Of a stretch of DNA of 51,478 bases, positions 17,999-27,098 are shown in pieces. This DNA comes from a virus (Duplodnaviria; Caudoviricetes), in the IMG/VR virus record IMGVR_UViG_3300008255_000167, positions 1 through 51,478 of that record; one strand, written 5' to 3'. Made by a program: the position numbers and the translations under genes. Under the pieces are notes generated by a model, which was not told the origin of the DNA, did no database searches, and saw only the letters and a list, made by a program, of their open reading frames with translations. Within the stretch, counting starts at the first letter, position 1. Each line of letters starts with the position of its first letter.

Positions 17999-19998
17999 CA
18001 GTGAGCCTCCGACCATGCTTCTCCTCGGCCAATGTCTACGCCGAGGGGTACTGGTAGATCGCGGAAGGGCAGGCCAAGCCTCTCAGGCAAGTCCTCGAAC
18101 GGCGCTTCCATGATCTCCTGGATGAGTTCACACCCTTCTTCCAGGTGCTCGTTGGGTACCTCGAACAAGATCTCATCGTGGATCTGTAAGATCTGTGCGA
18201 TGCCCAGACTATGCAGGCCAAGACTCTCTTCGCAGCGAATCTGGGCCAATCGAGCCACGTCTGCGGCTGACCCCTGAATGATGGTGTTTACCGCCTGCCT
18301 CAGTGCCCGAGCAGCGTGCTTGCCTGGTCTCTCCGGGATGTACTTGCCCCACTTCTGGCTGTAGAAGCCTTCCTTCCAGTCGAGGTTCGCATCTAGGAGA
18401 CGACGCTTGCGCCCGAGTATCGTGGATACCTCGAGCATATCTCGACACCTCTCGTGCGTACCCTCGATGAAGGCTTTGACTCCTGGGTACGGCTGGAAGT
18501 AGATTTCCTTCTTGTTCCGTGCTTCCTCTACTTCGATGCCGAGCTTGGCAGCGAGAGCCATGTCACCCTCGCCATAGTTGATACCAAACCCGATGGACTT
18601 CGCTTCTTGTCGGTACCCCATGAGTGTGACCACCCATGGATCCCACTGGTCGCGGGGCGTGTGGTTCTTCTCATAGACTCCCGCCTGCTTCTTGGCCTTG
18701 ACCATGTCCTCATAGGGGACCCCGTACATCACGGAGGCGGTACCCATGTGGATGTCCCATCCCTTGTTGATGACATCGATCATCTTCTCGTCACCACTGA
18801 TGGCGGCGAGTAGACGCATCTCGAGCTGCTTGTAGTCGGCAGCCACCAAGGTATGGCCGGTCTTCGGCATGAAGGCGCCACGCAGACCATACACGTCGTT
18901 GTCCGTTCGCGGGATGTTCTGGAGGTTGGGGTCTCGGGAAGAGAGGCGACCCGTCACGGTGATGTGCTGGGTGAGCATGGGGTGAATACGGAACCCCTCA
19001 TCGCAGCGGGCGATCATCCCATCAATGTAGGTGCCCTTGACCTTGTTCAGAGCTCGGTGCTCCAAGATCAACCTGCTGATCTCACATCCCTCACCCTTCC
19101 AGATTTCCAAAACGCTTTCGTCGGTGGACGGTTGCTTGTTTCCGCGCTTCCCACCGGATGTCATCTTGATGGGCTTACGACCCAGGACATCAAAGAACAG
19201 ACGTCGTAGTTCGTGCGGAGAGTTCGGATTGATCTCTTTGCCAGCCACCTTGTACAGCGTGCGAAGGATGGCCTGCATGTCCTTCATGATGGGGGATCGG
19301 ATTTCTTCCAGCCACCCTACGTCCACCATGATGCCGCGTCGAATGCACTTGTAGAGGACCTTCGTGTAGGGAGCCTCCACCTTCTCGAAGGTGTCCCACA
19401 TCGTCGTCCATTTGGTTGCTTGGATCTCTTCGAGCTCCGTCTTCAGATGCTTGTACACAGCCAAGCTGGCCCAGGCATCCATGGAGGCGTAGTCGTAGGC
19501 GGAGTCCGGCTCTTGTTGAACCATTCGCATCAGAGCGTCCTGATACGTCTCGCCCTTCACCTTCTTGAACACGGACTTGAAGGACCGCATGTTCAAGCCG
19601 AGATGATCTAGCGCCGTGTCTTTCAGACCGTGCCGACCAATCCTGTTTTCGTCGTACAGCCAGTCCATCACCAGGGTGCAGTGAATGGGTCCGGCCATCA
19701 GCGGGACACCGGAGTTGGCCAACATGTTGTTGTCGAAGTTGGCGTTGGTCATGACCCATGTGATGTCTGGATCACGAGCCACTTCCTCGCGGAATACCTC
19801 GAGCATGGGGCGTGACAAGGCGTACCGAGTGTTTAGGTCTGGACACAGCGACCAGAACAGCACGTGATCTCGTGCGAGGTCCAAACCGGTGGTCTCCGTG
19901 TCGATTCCACACAGCTTGGTATCCCATATGTGACGGCACACCTGGAGCAGCCTATCCCCGGAGTCGATGAACTCCGGGGTCGGTAGTTTATGCAGCAT
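17998..19998 (-). CDS. polA: Family A DNA polymerase (3'-5' exonuclease plus polymerase)
   Basis: DTETTGL, TGRLSSRDPNLQNIP, ADYKQLEMR, RQEAKSIGFGINYG, NTIIQGSAAD, QIHDEILFE. Confidence 0.95.
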   Translation of the reverse strand: MLHKLPTPEFIDSGDRLLQVCRHIWDTKLCGIDTETTGLDLARDHVLFWSLCPDLNTRYALSRPMLEVFREEVARDPDITWVMTNANFDNNMLANSGVPLMAGPIHCTLVMDWLYDENRIGRHGLKDTALDHLGLNMRSFKSVFKKVKGETYQDALMRMVQQEPDSAYDYASMDAWASLAVYKHLKTELEEIQATKWTTMWDTFEKVEAPYTKVLYKCIRRGIMVDVGWLEEIRSPIMKDMQAILRTLYKVAGKEINPNSPHELRRLFFDVLGRKPIKMTSGGKRGNKQPSTDESVLEIWKGEGCEISRLILEHRALNKVKGTYIDGMIARCDEGFRIHPMLTQHITVTGRLSSRDPNLQNIPRTDNDVYGLRGAFMPKTGHTLVAADYKQLEMRLLAAISGDEKMIDVINKGWDIHMGTASVMYGVPYEDMVKAKKQAGVYEKNHTPRDQWDPWVVTLMGYRQEAKSIGFGINYGEGDMALAAKLGIEVEEARNKKEIYFQPYPGVKAFIEGTHERCRDMLEVSTILGRKRRLLDANLDWKEGFYSQKWGKYIPERPGKHAARALRQAVNTIIQGSAADVARLAQIRCEESLGLHSLGIAQILQIHDEILFEVPNEHLEEGCELIQEIMEAPFEDLPERLGLPFRDLPVPLGVDIGRGEAWSEAH

Positions 19999-20014
19999 GC
20001 ATACTCCTAGAGAT

Positions 20015-20036
20015 GCCCGGGGGAAGGCCCCCGGGC
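20015..20036. other. Intergenic GC-rich hairpin
   Basis: GCCCGGGGG-AAGG-CCCCCGGGC (9-bp stem). Confidence 0.7.
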
Positions 20037-20049
20037 TTTGGAGGAACGA

Positions 20050-21264
20050 CTAGAACGGGATTTCGTCGTCGGCTACGTCTTCGCCCTCGTCAGACTCACC
20101 GTCCGGCTTGTCGTAGTCGGTGGTCTCCCGCTTGGCGTCGTCCGCCTTGTACGGGTTGCTGCACTGGTACCGCTCTGCCTGCTTGTCCAGGCTATCTGGA
20201 GCGTATACTCGATGGAGGATGTTGTCCTTCTCCGGGAGAAGCTCCTGAAGCTCGGGCTCCAGCTCTTCCACGAACTCGTGACCGCTGATCACGAGGGTGG
20301 ACTGGGTTCCGGTGCCTTCTCGACGCACGAAGAGATCTACGTCCCAGAGCTTGAGGGGACTGGGATCCTGGCACTTGTTGCAGTCTGGCACGCCGACCAG
20401 CATCACTTCCTTCTTGCAGTGCGGGCACTGCACTTGATCGCTGGTGTACTCGTTGACCTCGGTCTTCGTCAGGTCCTTGTGCTCACCGAGGAGGTCCAGC
20501 ACTTCGCCGTCGCACTCGGGGCATTCCCAGATGGGGAAGTTGATCTTCCCACCGCAAGTGCACTCCTTACGGAGATCTTCAATCTTGGCTGAGAGGATCA
20601 ACAGGTGGTTGATACCCAGCGACCAGTGGACGAGGTTGCCCCAGACGCGCTCCCAACCTTCTCGCTTGATCTTCCCTCTGCCATACTTGGCGAGGGCTTC
20701 GTCTTCATGGATCCGGTCGAAGATAACGTCGCCCTTCTTGTGGAACTTGGAGTCCCGCTGGTACGTGAGGACTTCACCCTTCTTGGTCGTGGCCGGAATC
20801 AAGTAGTACCACGCCTTGTGCAAGGCCAGGAATCCGTTGAGACGCCGCCAGCTATAGGGCATGTCAGCGGACTTCGTGCCATCCGGCATCTGCTCGCGTT
20901 CGTAGCACGGGATGCACTTGCCACTTCCGTGTACGTCACACTCTTCGTCTTCGCTCCACACCTTGGAGCAGATCGACCCTCGCTGGAGTCGTCCACTGAA
21001 GTGCTCCGCGTACTCAAAGTATGGAACCGGAGAACCGTCGAACGCCTTGTACGAACCAGGAATGATCTGGATACGGGCGGGCTCGACTGCATCCAATGGT
21101 CGCTTCGGGTTCGGGCTCGGCGGGCGGAACCGGTGCTTGTTCCGGAAGATGGACATGGGTCCACCAGAGTTCTGGTTCTTCTCGCTCCGCTTGAGAGCCT
21201 TGCGCCGTGCATCGCGGTACCAGTTGCCATGCTGTTCATGGTTGTACGTTGGCTTAGTGGCCAT
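20050..21264 (-). CDS. Putative single-stranded DNA-binding protein with multiple Zn ribbons
   Basis: Lies between primase and polymerase; several CxxC pairs; acidic tail ending ADDEIPF like the bacterial SSB C-terminal tip. Confidence 0.65.
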   Translation of the reverse strand: MATKPTYNHEQHGNWYRDARRKALKRSEKNQNSGGPMSIFRNKHRFRPPSPNPKRPLDAVEPARIQIIPGSYKAFDGSPVPYFEYAEHFSGRLQRGSICSKVWSEDEECDVHGSGKCIPCYEREQMPDGTKSADMPYSWRRLNGFLALHKAWYYLIPATTKKGEVLTYQRDSKFHKKGDVIFDRIHEDEALAKYGRGKIKREGWERVWGNLVHWSLGINHLLILSAKIEDLRKECTCGGKINFPIWECPECDGEVLDLLGEHKDLTKTEVNEYTSDQVQCPHCKKEVMLVGVPDCNKCQDPSPLKLWDVDLFVRREGTGTQSTLVISGHEFVEELEPELQELLPEKDNILHRVYAPDSLDKQAERYQCSNPYKADDAKRETTDYDKPDGESDEGEDVADDEIPF

Positions 21265-22249
21265 ATTCTTTTCTCCAACTGCGGAAGCGGACTGGTGTAG
21301 TCAGCACTTCCATTAACTCGTCGCTGTTTAGATCATCCGGTTGTGCGCCATCCACAGCATCTTCTGGGTAGCAACACACGCCTACCTTGTGACTCTTATT
21401 GAGTCGGAGCCCTGCTTCGTACGTGCCTTTCATTGCCGAAGCGGTGTTGTCCAAGAGAATGTAGATGCTGCAATCAGTCCTCTGTAGGAGGGTCTGTTGC
21501 ATCCTCGACATGTACGTTCCTTGGAGAGCGACTGTGTTCCAAGCGCCATGCTGGATCAGCCATAGTGCGGCTTTGTACCCTTCGACCACGAAGATATGAT
21601 CGAGGTTCCCATGGAAAGCTTCCGGTAGCACCCGGTCCATGTTCCATAGGAAATGCTTCTTCTCGAAGATGTACCCCTTGTACCGATCTGAGAACCTCAG
21701 AAAGTCTGGCTCCTTGTAGATTTTGTACCGAGGTTGCTCGTCCGTGACAGTTCTTCCCGCAATGCCCATCAGCACACCGAGGTGCGAGCGGATAGGGAAG
21801 GTGATACGCATTTGATCTTTGTCGAATCCGATGTCGTACTTTCGCAGGACATCCTTGTCGAACCCCGCATCCAGTAGACGCTTCGGGCAGTAGTCGAAGA
21901 TCCCCAGCATTCCCTCACTCAGAGGCATGTGGTTCTTGAGGGGATCTTTCCGTGGGTTCAGTTCCGTGTTGACCTTGGCCGTTACCTCGGCGCCAACACG
22001 ATCCATGATACTGGTGCGCAGCTTGGAAGATGCACCCAGCTCCTTCATGAACGTGGCTAGGTTTCCGCGAGTCTGGCAAGAGTGACAGATGAACATTCCG
22101 TTCACCGTGGAGATGTAGAAGGCTCCGACACTCTTCTCTTCATGGAAGGGGCACGGACCACTGATGTTGTTGCCATCACTGGTTGGACGCCACCACTCGA
22201 GGTACTTGTCCGCGAGGAACTCCACGACGGACTTCATCTCGGTGCTCAC
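21254..22249 (-). CDS. dnaG: DnaG-type DNA primase
   Basis: CPFHEEK...CHSC zinc finger; RITFPI; TOPRIM VVEGYK...LLDN. Confidence 0.92.
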   Translation of the reverse strand: MSTEMKSVVEFLADKYLEWWRPTSDGNNISGPCPFHEEKSVGAFYISTVNGMFICHSCQTRGNLATFMKELGASSKLRTSIMDRVGAEVTAKVNTELNPRKDPLKNHMPLSEGMLGIFDYCPKRLLDAGFDKDVLRKYDIGFDKDQMRITFPIRSHLGVLMGIAGRTVTDEQPRYKIYKEPDFLRFSDRYKGYIFEKKHFLWNMDRVLPEAFHGNLDHIFVVEGYKAALWLIQHGAWNTVALQGTYMSRMQQTLLQRTDCSIYILLDNTASAMKGTYEAGLRLNKSHKVGVCCYPEDAVDGAQPDDLNSDELMEVLTTPVRFRSWRKEYGH

Positions 22250-23745
22250 TACGTCCCCTTCTTCTTAAAGTGCTTCCTCATCTCCCGTAGCGGGAGCGCA
22301 CGCTCTTGGGACAAGCGCTTCGAGGCAGCCTCTTCTTCGCGGGCCATAGCATCTTCTTCCGCCTTGAACTGAGCCTGGATCTGTCGCTGGGATTCAAAGA
22401 TCTGCTTGAGCTGGAACTTGATGGCAGGTTCTGCCGACAAGAGGAACCCAGGCAGCTTGATCTCTCGGGCGCCAGAGATGACGCAAGCCAGATCTACTTC
22501 TCCTCCCTCCTTCTCATTCTTGATCACACGGATAGCTAAGTGACACGCCTGTGCGAACGTGTCGCCATAGGCTATCTCTGCCATCGTAGAGCCCTTCGTC
22601 TGCTCACCAGATCGATTGGCTTGCGAGGTGGCAAGGATTGGGATCTGATAGTTGCTGGCCATGTTGGATAGGCCGTAGGCTATCTCAGCAATGTCCTGCC
22701 ACTTGGCTTGCTTGCCAGGTCCCTTCGCCGCCTCCATCAAGTAGACGGAGTCAGCAAGGACGATGTCCGGCTCGAACAGATCTATCTTGGACTGAAGGGA
22801 GGCCAATCCTCCCCCTGCACTCTTGCCGGTCCACCCCGTCGTGATGAGAAGAGACTTGTCCCGCTTGTTGTTGTCGGTGCTGTTCCTCTCCTCTTCGTCT
22901 TTGATCCAGTCCACCAGGTCGAAGAAGTCCTCTTCCTCATCGTTGGAGAGCTGGCCATTCCTGAATTTCATGTAGTCCACGGCCAGCATGCGGGCGACGA
23001 ATCGCGTCCTCATCTGCTCGGGCGTCATCTCCTTGGTGAAGATCATCACCCGGCTGTTGTGGTGCTGGTAGCACTCGACGGCGGCATCTATCAGTAGCCA
23101 CGTCTTCATGCTCTTCGGTCGTCCATACAGAAGGATGAAGTCCCCCTTCTGCATCCCACGGGATTCCTCGTTGAGAGGGTGGTGTTGCCGCTTCGTTGTC
23201 TGGAGTATCTTGGGCTTGCCATTCTCGTCGTGGTATCCCCATCCCATCGGGAAGGGGATACCGAGGTACCCCGTGGCATTCTTGGCCAGCAAGTACTCGT
23301 TCTTGATGTCACGCATGGAGTCAGCGAGGATGATGTCCCTGCTTACGCTGCTCACCGTCTGGAGTGCCTTGCACTCTTCGACCATGGTGTTCAGACATTC
23401 GTGGGGATCATCCTCGAAGTCGTCAGAGGCGTTGTCCAAGATCCCTTCGATCTTTTTCTTCAACCACTCCACGCGTACACGGTGGGCTAGGGACACCACT
23501 GTGTAGTTCGGATCTGCGTCTGGGAACGACGCCGACATCGACTCGAACTCTTTGTCTATGATGTCCCACCCAGGGACGATGTTCCTCGCATGATCTGAGT
23601 GGTAGTGCCTCCAGATGTACTCGAAGACCAATTTGTTCTCGTGGACCAGGAACATCTCAGACGTGAGCCCGTAGTCCAAAGCCGCGCGTAGGTCCTTGGT
23701 TTCGATGATCTTGGATAGCAGTTGTAGTTCGACACTCGTAGCCAT
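22249..23745 (-). CDS. dnaB: DnaB-like (SF4) replicative helicase
   Basis: Walker A GRPKSMKT, FTKEM, LADSVYLM, ATSQANR. Confidence 0.9.
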   Translation of the reverse strand: MATSVELQLLSKIIETKDLRAALDYGLTSEMFLVHENKLVFEYIWRHYHSDHARNIVPGWDIIDKEFESMSASFPDADPNYTVVSLAHRVRVEWLKKKIEGILDNASDDFEDDPHECLNTMVEECKALQTVSSVSRDIILADSMRDIKNEYLLAKNATGYLGIPFPMGWGYHDENGKPKILQTTKRQHHPLNEESRGMQKGDFILLYGRPKSMKTWLLIDAAVECYQHHNSRVMIFTKEMTPEQMRTRFVARMLAVDYMKFRNGQLSNDEEEDFFDLVDWIKDEEERNSTDNNKRDKSLLITTGWTGKSAGGGLASLQSKIDLFEPDIVLADSVYLMEAAKGPGKQAKWQDIAEIAYGLSNMASNYQIPILATSQANRSGEQTKGSTMAEIAYGDTFAQACHLAIRVIKNEKEGGEVDLACVISGAREIKLPGFLLSAEPAIKFQLKQIFESQRQIQAQFKAEEDAMAREEEAASKRLSQERALPLREMRKHFKKKGT

Positions 23746-24105
23746 CTAGGCCCCCGGCGCGTCTACCAAGTAAATGCCCAGAATCTGACCCTTGTTGAGA
23801 ATGAATTGTTTCCCATCATTTTGATCGTTGTGATCTATGGATAGGTTGTATCGGTCAGTCCACAACAGGGTCCCCTTCAGACGGGCGTCAGATGGCAGGA
23901 CTATGAAGACCTGCTTACCGACCATCCGAGAGACGTGGCGGTGCCAGTTGTCCTTGACCTGGAGGATGTCCTTGAGTGTTCCGACTGTCGCGCTGAGATC
24001 TCTGACCTGTGCCCTCAGTGCAGCCAGCTCTGTTTGAAGCTGTGTGCTGGAGGGCGATTTATCAGGCAGGCTACTGGGCCGCCTTCTCCTCTGTCCATCT
24101 CCCAC
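23746..24105 (-). CDS. Sm/Hfq-like RNA-binding protein with N-terminal coiled coil
   Basis: KQVFIVLPSDARLKGTLLWTDRYNLSI...FILNKGQILGIY aligns by eye to Hfq Sm1/Sm2; AAGGAGG RBS. Confidence 0.65.
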   Translation of the reverse strand: MGDGQRRRRPSSLPDKSPSSTQLQTELAALRAQVRDLSATVGTLKDILQVKDNWHRHVSRMVGKQVFIVLPSDARLKGTLLWTDRYNLSIDHNDQNDGKQFILNKGQILGIYLVDAPGA

Positions 24106-24119
24106 GGGTACCTCCTTGG

Positions 24120-24146
24120 GGAAGGGGGCGGCATCCGCCCCCTTCC
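24120..24146. other. Intergenic GC-rich hairpin
   Basis: GGAAGGGGGCGG-CAT-CCGCCCCCTTCC (12-bp stem). Confidence 0.75.
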
Positions 24147-24148
24147 GA

Positions 24149-25276
24149 TTAGGCTTGAGACATGTACTTGCCGGCGAGCTCTTCGATCTCGTACCGCTTG
24201 TCCATGTCCGTTTCTTGGTGAGCTGCGCGAGTCAGCGCTTGGAGAATGCCATACCCACTCATCAGGGGCTCTTCCTCGTAGGCTTTGACCACGGCCTCGA
24301 TGAAGGTCTTGGACGCCTTGTTCTTCTCGAGGAACTTGGTGATCTCCTCTTTCGGGTCACCGACGATGCGATCCTTCAGGATGGCCATGCGGCGCTGGTT
24401 CAGGTCCCACACACCCGGCATCTTGCGGAAGGCACTGTCCAGCAGGGCGTCGATGCCTTCGTCTTCGATGCCACGATGCATTCGGTACATCAGCCGGCCA
24501 TCACTGATAGTCACGATGGCGCCGTTCAGGCAGACCAAGCGGAACGTGGTGGCATCGATGGTCACGGCCGTGTACCCAACCTCGCTGTTGCGCACGTGGA
24601 AGCCTTGGTACACCCAGTCGGCATCCGGCAGCAAGCCTTCTCGCTCCGCCATGTCGTAGATGCCACGGACACGTGGGTCCGAGTGGCCACGGTCGATGTC
24701 CCCCATGTTCACGGGGGGGCCGACGACCGAGTAGTGGCTCGCCTTCTCGTTGTAGAAGTCCGTGCCGAGGTGGTTCTTGATGAAGCTGAACTCGTCCATC
24801 CGTCCACGGAACTTTGCCGCCAAGCGACCGAAGACGCGGATGTCATCGATGGAGGAGTACGTGGGCGACAGGACGGCACGCAAGAAGCCGTCTGCCTTCT
24901 TGGCACCGGGGTCACCCTTCTTGAAGCGACGAGCTCTGAGCTTGCTGCTCTGCCCGGTGCGGGAGAACCGACGCTGCATCTCCTGCTGAATCTCCTCGGG
25001 CTTGACGGTGTCCGGGTTGAACCACTTGTTCCACTGGACGCCGAGCATACCGCCGAGCTGCCGCCTACTCCAGTCGGTCATGTCGAGGATGCCGACGCCC
25101 GGGACTTCCAGAGCGACATCGGGATGTTCCTGAGTACCGGCCTTGCAAATGCGGACGTCCTTCAGATCTACCACCTTGTCGGGGTAGTTGAGATCGTGGA
25201 GATCCGTGATGCGCTCGAGCACGGTATCAAATTTGGTTACCTTCTTCTGCTTCATCAGCAAGCCCAGCGGGTTCAT
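24149..25276 (-). CDS. DUF932-like protein
   Basis: RAVLSPTY, GFHVRNSEVG, FRLVCLNG...H; start reassigned to ATG 25276. Confidence 0.75.
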   Translation of the reverse strand: MNPLGLLMKQKKVTKFDTVLERITDLHDLNYPDKVVDLKDVRICKAGTQEHPDVALEVPGVGILDMTDWSRRQLGGMLGVQWNKWFNPDTVKPEEIQQEMQRRFSRTGQSSKLRARRFKKGDPGAKKADGFLRAVLSPTYSSIDDIRVFGRLAAKFRGRMDEFSFIKNHLGTDFYNEKASHYSVVGPPVNMGDIDRGHSDPRVRGIYDMAEREGLLPDADWVYQGFHVRNSEVGYTAVTIDATTFRLVCLNGAIVTISDGRLMYRMHRGIEDEGIDALLDSAFRKMPGVWDLNQRRMAILKDRIVGDPKEEITKFLEKNKASKTFIEAVVKAYEEEPLMSGYGILQALTRAAHQETDMDKRYEIEELAGKYMSQA

Positions 25277-25559
25277 GATGTATTCCTGCCCCTTCTTCTT
25301 GAGTAGTGGTGGTTGCTTCGCGAAAGAGAACAACTGCTGCGTCGTCCTCCAGTGCAGCTACCAATTGTGACAAGAGCTCTTTAGTTCTGGAGCTCATGAT
25401 GGGCTGACCAGGTAGTGTGGCCATCCCGAACATCTGTCCTGTCTCAGCATCGACGTATCCGAACTTCATCGTGATCGTGTCCCCCTGACCTAGACGATCC
25501 ACACGAAGCTCACCTAGCATGATGGCGTTGAACCTGGGAGACCCAGTGACTTTTCTCAT
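25227..25559 (-). CDS. Hypothetical protein
   Basis: ATGA-coupled within the operon. Confidence 0.6.
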   Translation of the reverse strand: MRKVTGSPRFNAIMLGELRVDRLGQGDTITMKFGYVDAETGQMFGMATLPGQPIMSSRTKELLSQLVAALEDDAAVVLFREATTTTQEEGAGIHHEPAGLADEAEEGNQI

Positions 25560-25915
25560 CCGTCACCGTTCAAGTAGGCGTCTAGGTTGCGCCTTACCTT
25601 CACGGCATTGTGGGTCATGAACTTGTGCGCCAGCTCGCTGGCGATCTCATTGGCCTTCTCCAAGGAAACCAGATCTGACGCACACGGGATGGTGATGCTC
25701 GAGGTGGACTCGATGGTCATCCCGGAGCTTTGGTCCGACGCCCAGAACTTCATACCGTGTGTCACACCAGCCGCCGCAGGACCCGGAGGCACACCCGTGG
25801 CTACCAGATCGTGCTCCACCGTTTCCCGCATAGGCTTCCGCTTCTTCTTGACGGCGATGGCTGTACTGATCACAGCCGGACTAGCCGTCTTTCGTTGTGG
25901 TGGTTTTCTCACCAT
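25556..25915 (-). CDS. Hypothetical protein
   Basis: TGATG-coupled within the operon. Confidence 0.65.
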   Translation of the reverse strand: MVRKPPQRKTASPAVISTAIAVKKKRKPMRETVEHDLVATGVPPGPAAAGVTHGMKFWASDQSSGMTIESTSSITIPCASDLVSLEKANEIASELAHKFMTHNAVKVRRNLDAYLNGDG

Positions 25916-26367
25916 CAGATCTTCAACTCCTTCGGTACACCGGGCATCAGTGCCACGGTTGGTGGTGTCTCTTGGAGAGCTTGGTAGGCCGCGTCCCGAT
26001 CCAACTCACCTTGTCGGATGAGCTGCTCCAGCTTCGCGACGTCGACCACGTAGTTCACGACCTCCTTCAAGAACAGCTCACTGACCTCCGCTGGGAACAA
26101 GCTGGCCAGCATCGTCCCATCCCATCTAGTGCTGCTCTTCTTGACTGCCCCGAACCTACCCACGACCATGCGCTGTTCGTTCGAGTTTTTCAGTTCTCCT
26201 TTGACTGTGACCGACGCTTCTTTGAGCGACGCGTTGAAGTTCTCGACGAGTCTCCTAAGCTCGTCCATGAACTCTTCGTTGTCCGTCATGAACTCCTGGA
26301 GTTCACTGTTTGCCTCCTCGAACTTCTGTGAAGCTCGCTGCGCGGCAGTGATCACTGGCTGCTTCAT
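25915..26367 (-). CDS. Hypothetical protein with N-terminal coiled coil
   Basis: Start reassigned to MKQPVIT (ATGA overlap with the UDG stop). Confidence 0.7.
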   Translation of the reverse strand: MKQPVITAAQRASQKFEEANSELQEFMTDNEEFMDELRRLVENFNASLKEASVTVKGELKNSNEQRMVVGRFGAVKKSSTRWDGTMLASLFPAEVSELFLKEVVNYVVDVAKLEQLIRQGELDRDAAYQALQETPPTVALMPGVPKELKI

Positions 26368-27098
26368 TCGGGAAGACTCCCCATCGTTGCAGATAGATCT
26401 TTGGTGGTGAAGGGGCGCTCTGGCATCTCCTCGCCCCAGTACAGGTTTCTCATTCTGTCGACAAAATAGATCGCCCGCTGCCAAGCGACGAGCGTCTGAT
26501 GCCACGGCCCCCCCTTGAAGATGTCCCCACTTCGCATGAGATGGGATGGGTGATACATACACAGGACGGGGTACACGATTGACTTGGCTCGTCCTTGTAT
26601 CGTGCAGCTCTTTACCTTCCCTTGGATCTGATGCATGTTGATGGACCGCTGCCCCGTGATCTCTTGGATAGCTGACTTGCCCATTGCTATGACCAAGAGT
26701 GGGTCCACGATGTACAGCGCCTCTTCCCACAGCGGTCTACACGCAGCCCGCTCGATCAAGCTGGGCTCCCTGTTTTCGGTTCTCTTCTTGCCGAAGCTGT
26801 CTCGAGTAGTGCTGAAGGGACGACACGACACGATGTTCATGTAGAACATGTCGTTCTTCCGAACCTTCACTTCCTTGCAGTAGTCTTCTAGGACAAAGCC
26901 GCTGTCCCCGACGAAGGGGGCACCATCCGCATCCTCATCCTCTCCAGGACTGATGCCTATGACGACGATGTCAGCGGACGGGTTCCCATCAGGAAATACG
27001 ATCTGGGTTCTAGTTTCGTGCAGAGGACACTTCTCACAGTCTTGCCATCTGCTGAAGACGTCTAGGAGCGCATTCGCTCTGCGGTCCCGTTCATTCAT
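26364..27098 (-). CDS. udg: Uracil-DNA glycosylase, family 4
   Basis: CEKCPL, GISPGEDED...PFVGDSG, NIVSCRP, YHPS. Confidence 0.92.
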   Translation of the reverse strand: MNERDRRANALLDVFSRWQDCEKCPLHETRTQIVFPDGNPSADIVVIGISPGEDEDADGAPFVGDSGFVLEDYCKEVKVRKNDMFYMNIVSCRPFSTTRDSFGKKRTENREPSLIERAACRPLWEEALYIVDPLLVIAMGKSAIQEITGQRSINMHQIQGKVKSCTIQGRAKSIVYPVLCMYHPSHLMRSGDIFKGGPWHQTLVAWQRAIYFVDRMRNLYWGEEMPERPFTTKDLSATMGSLPE

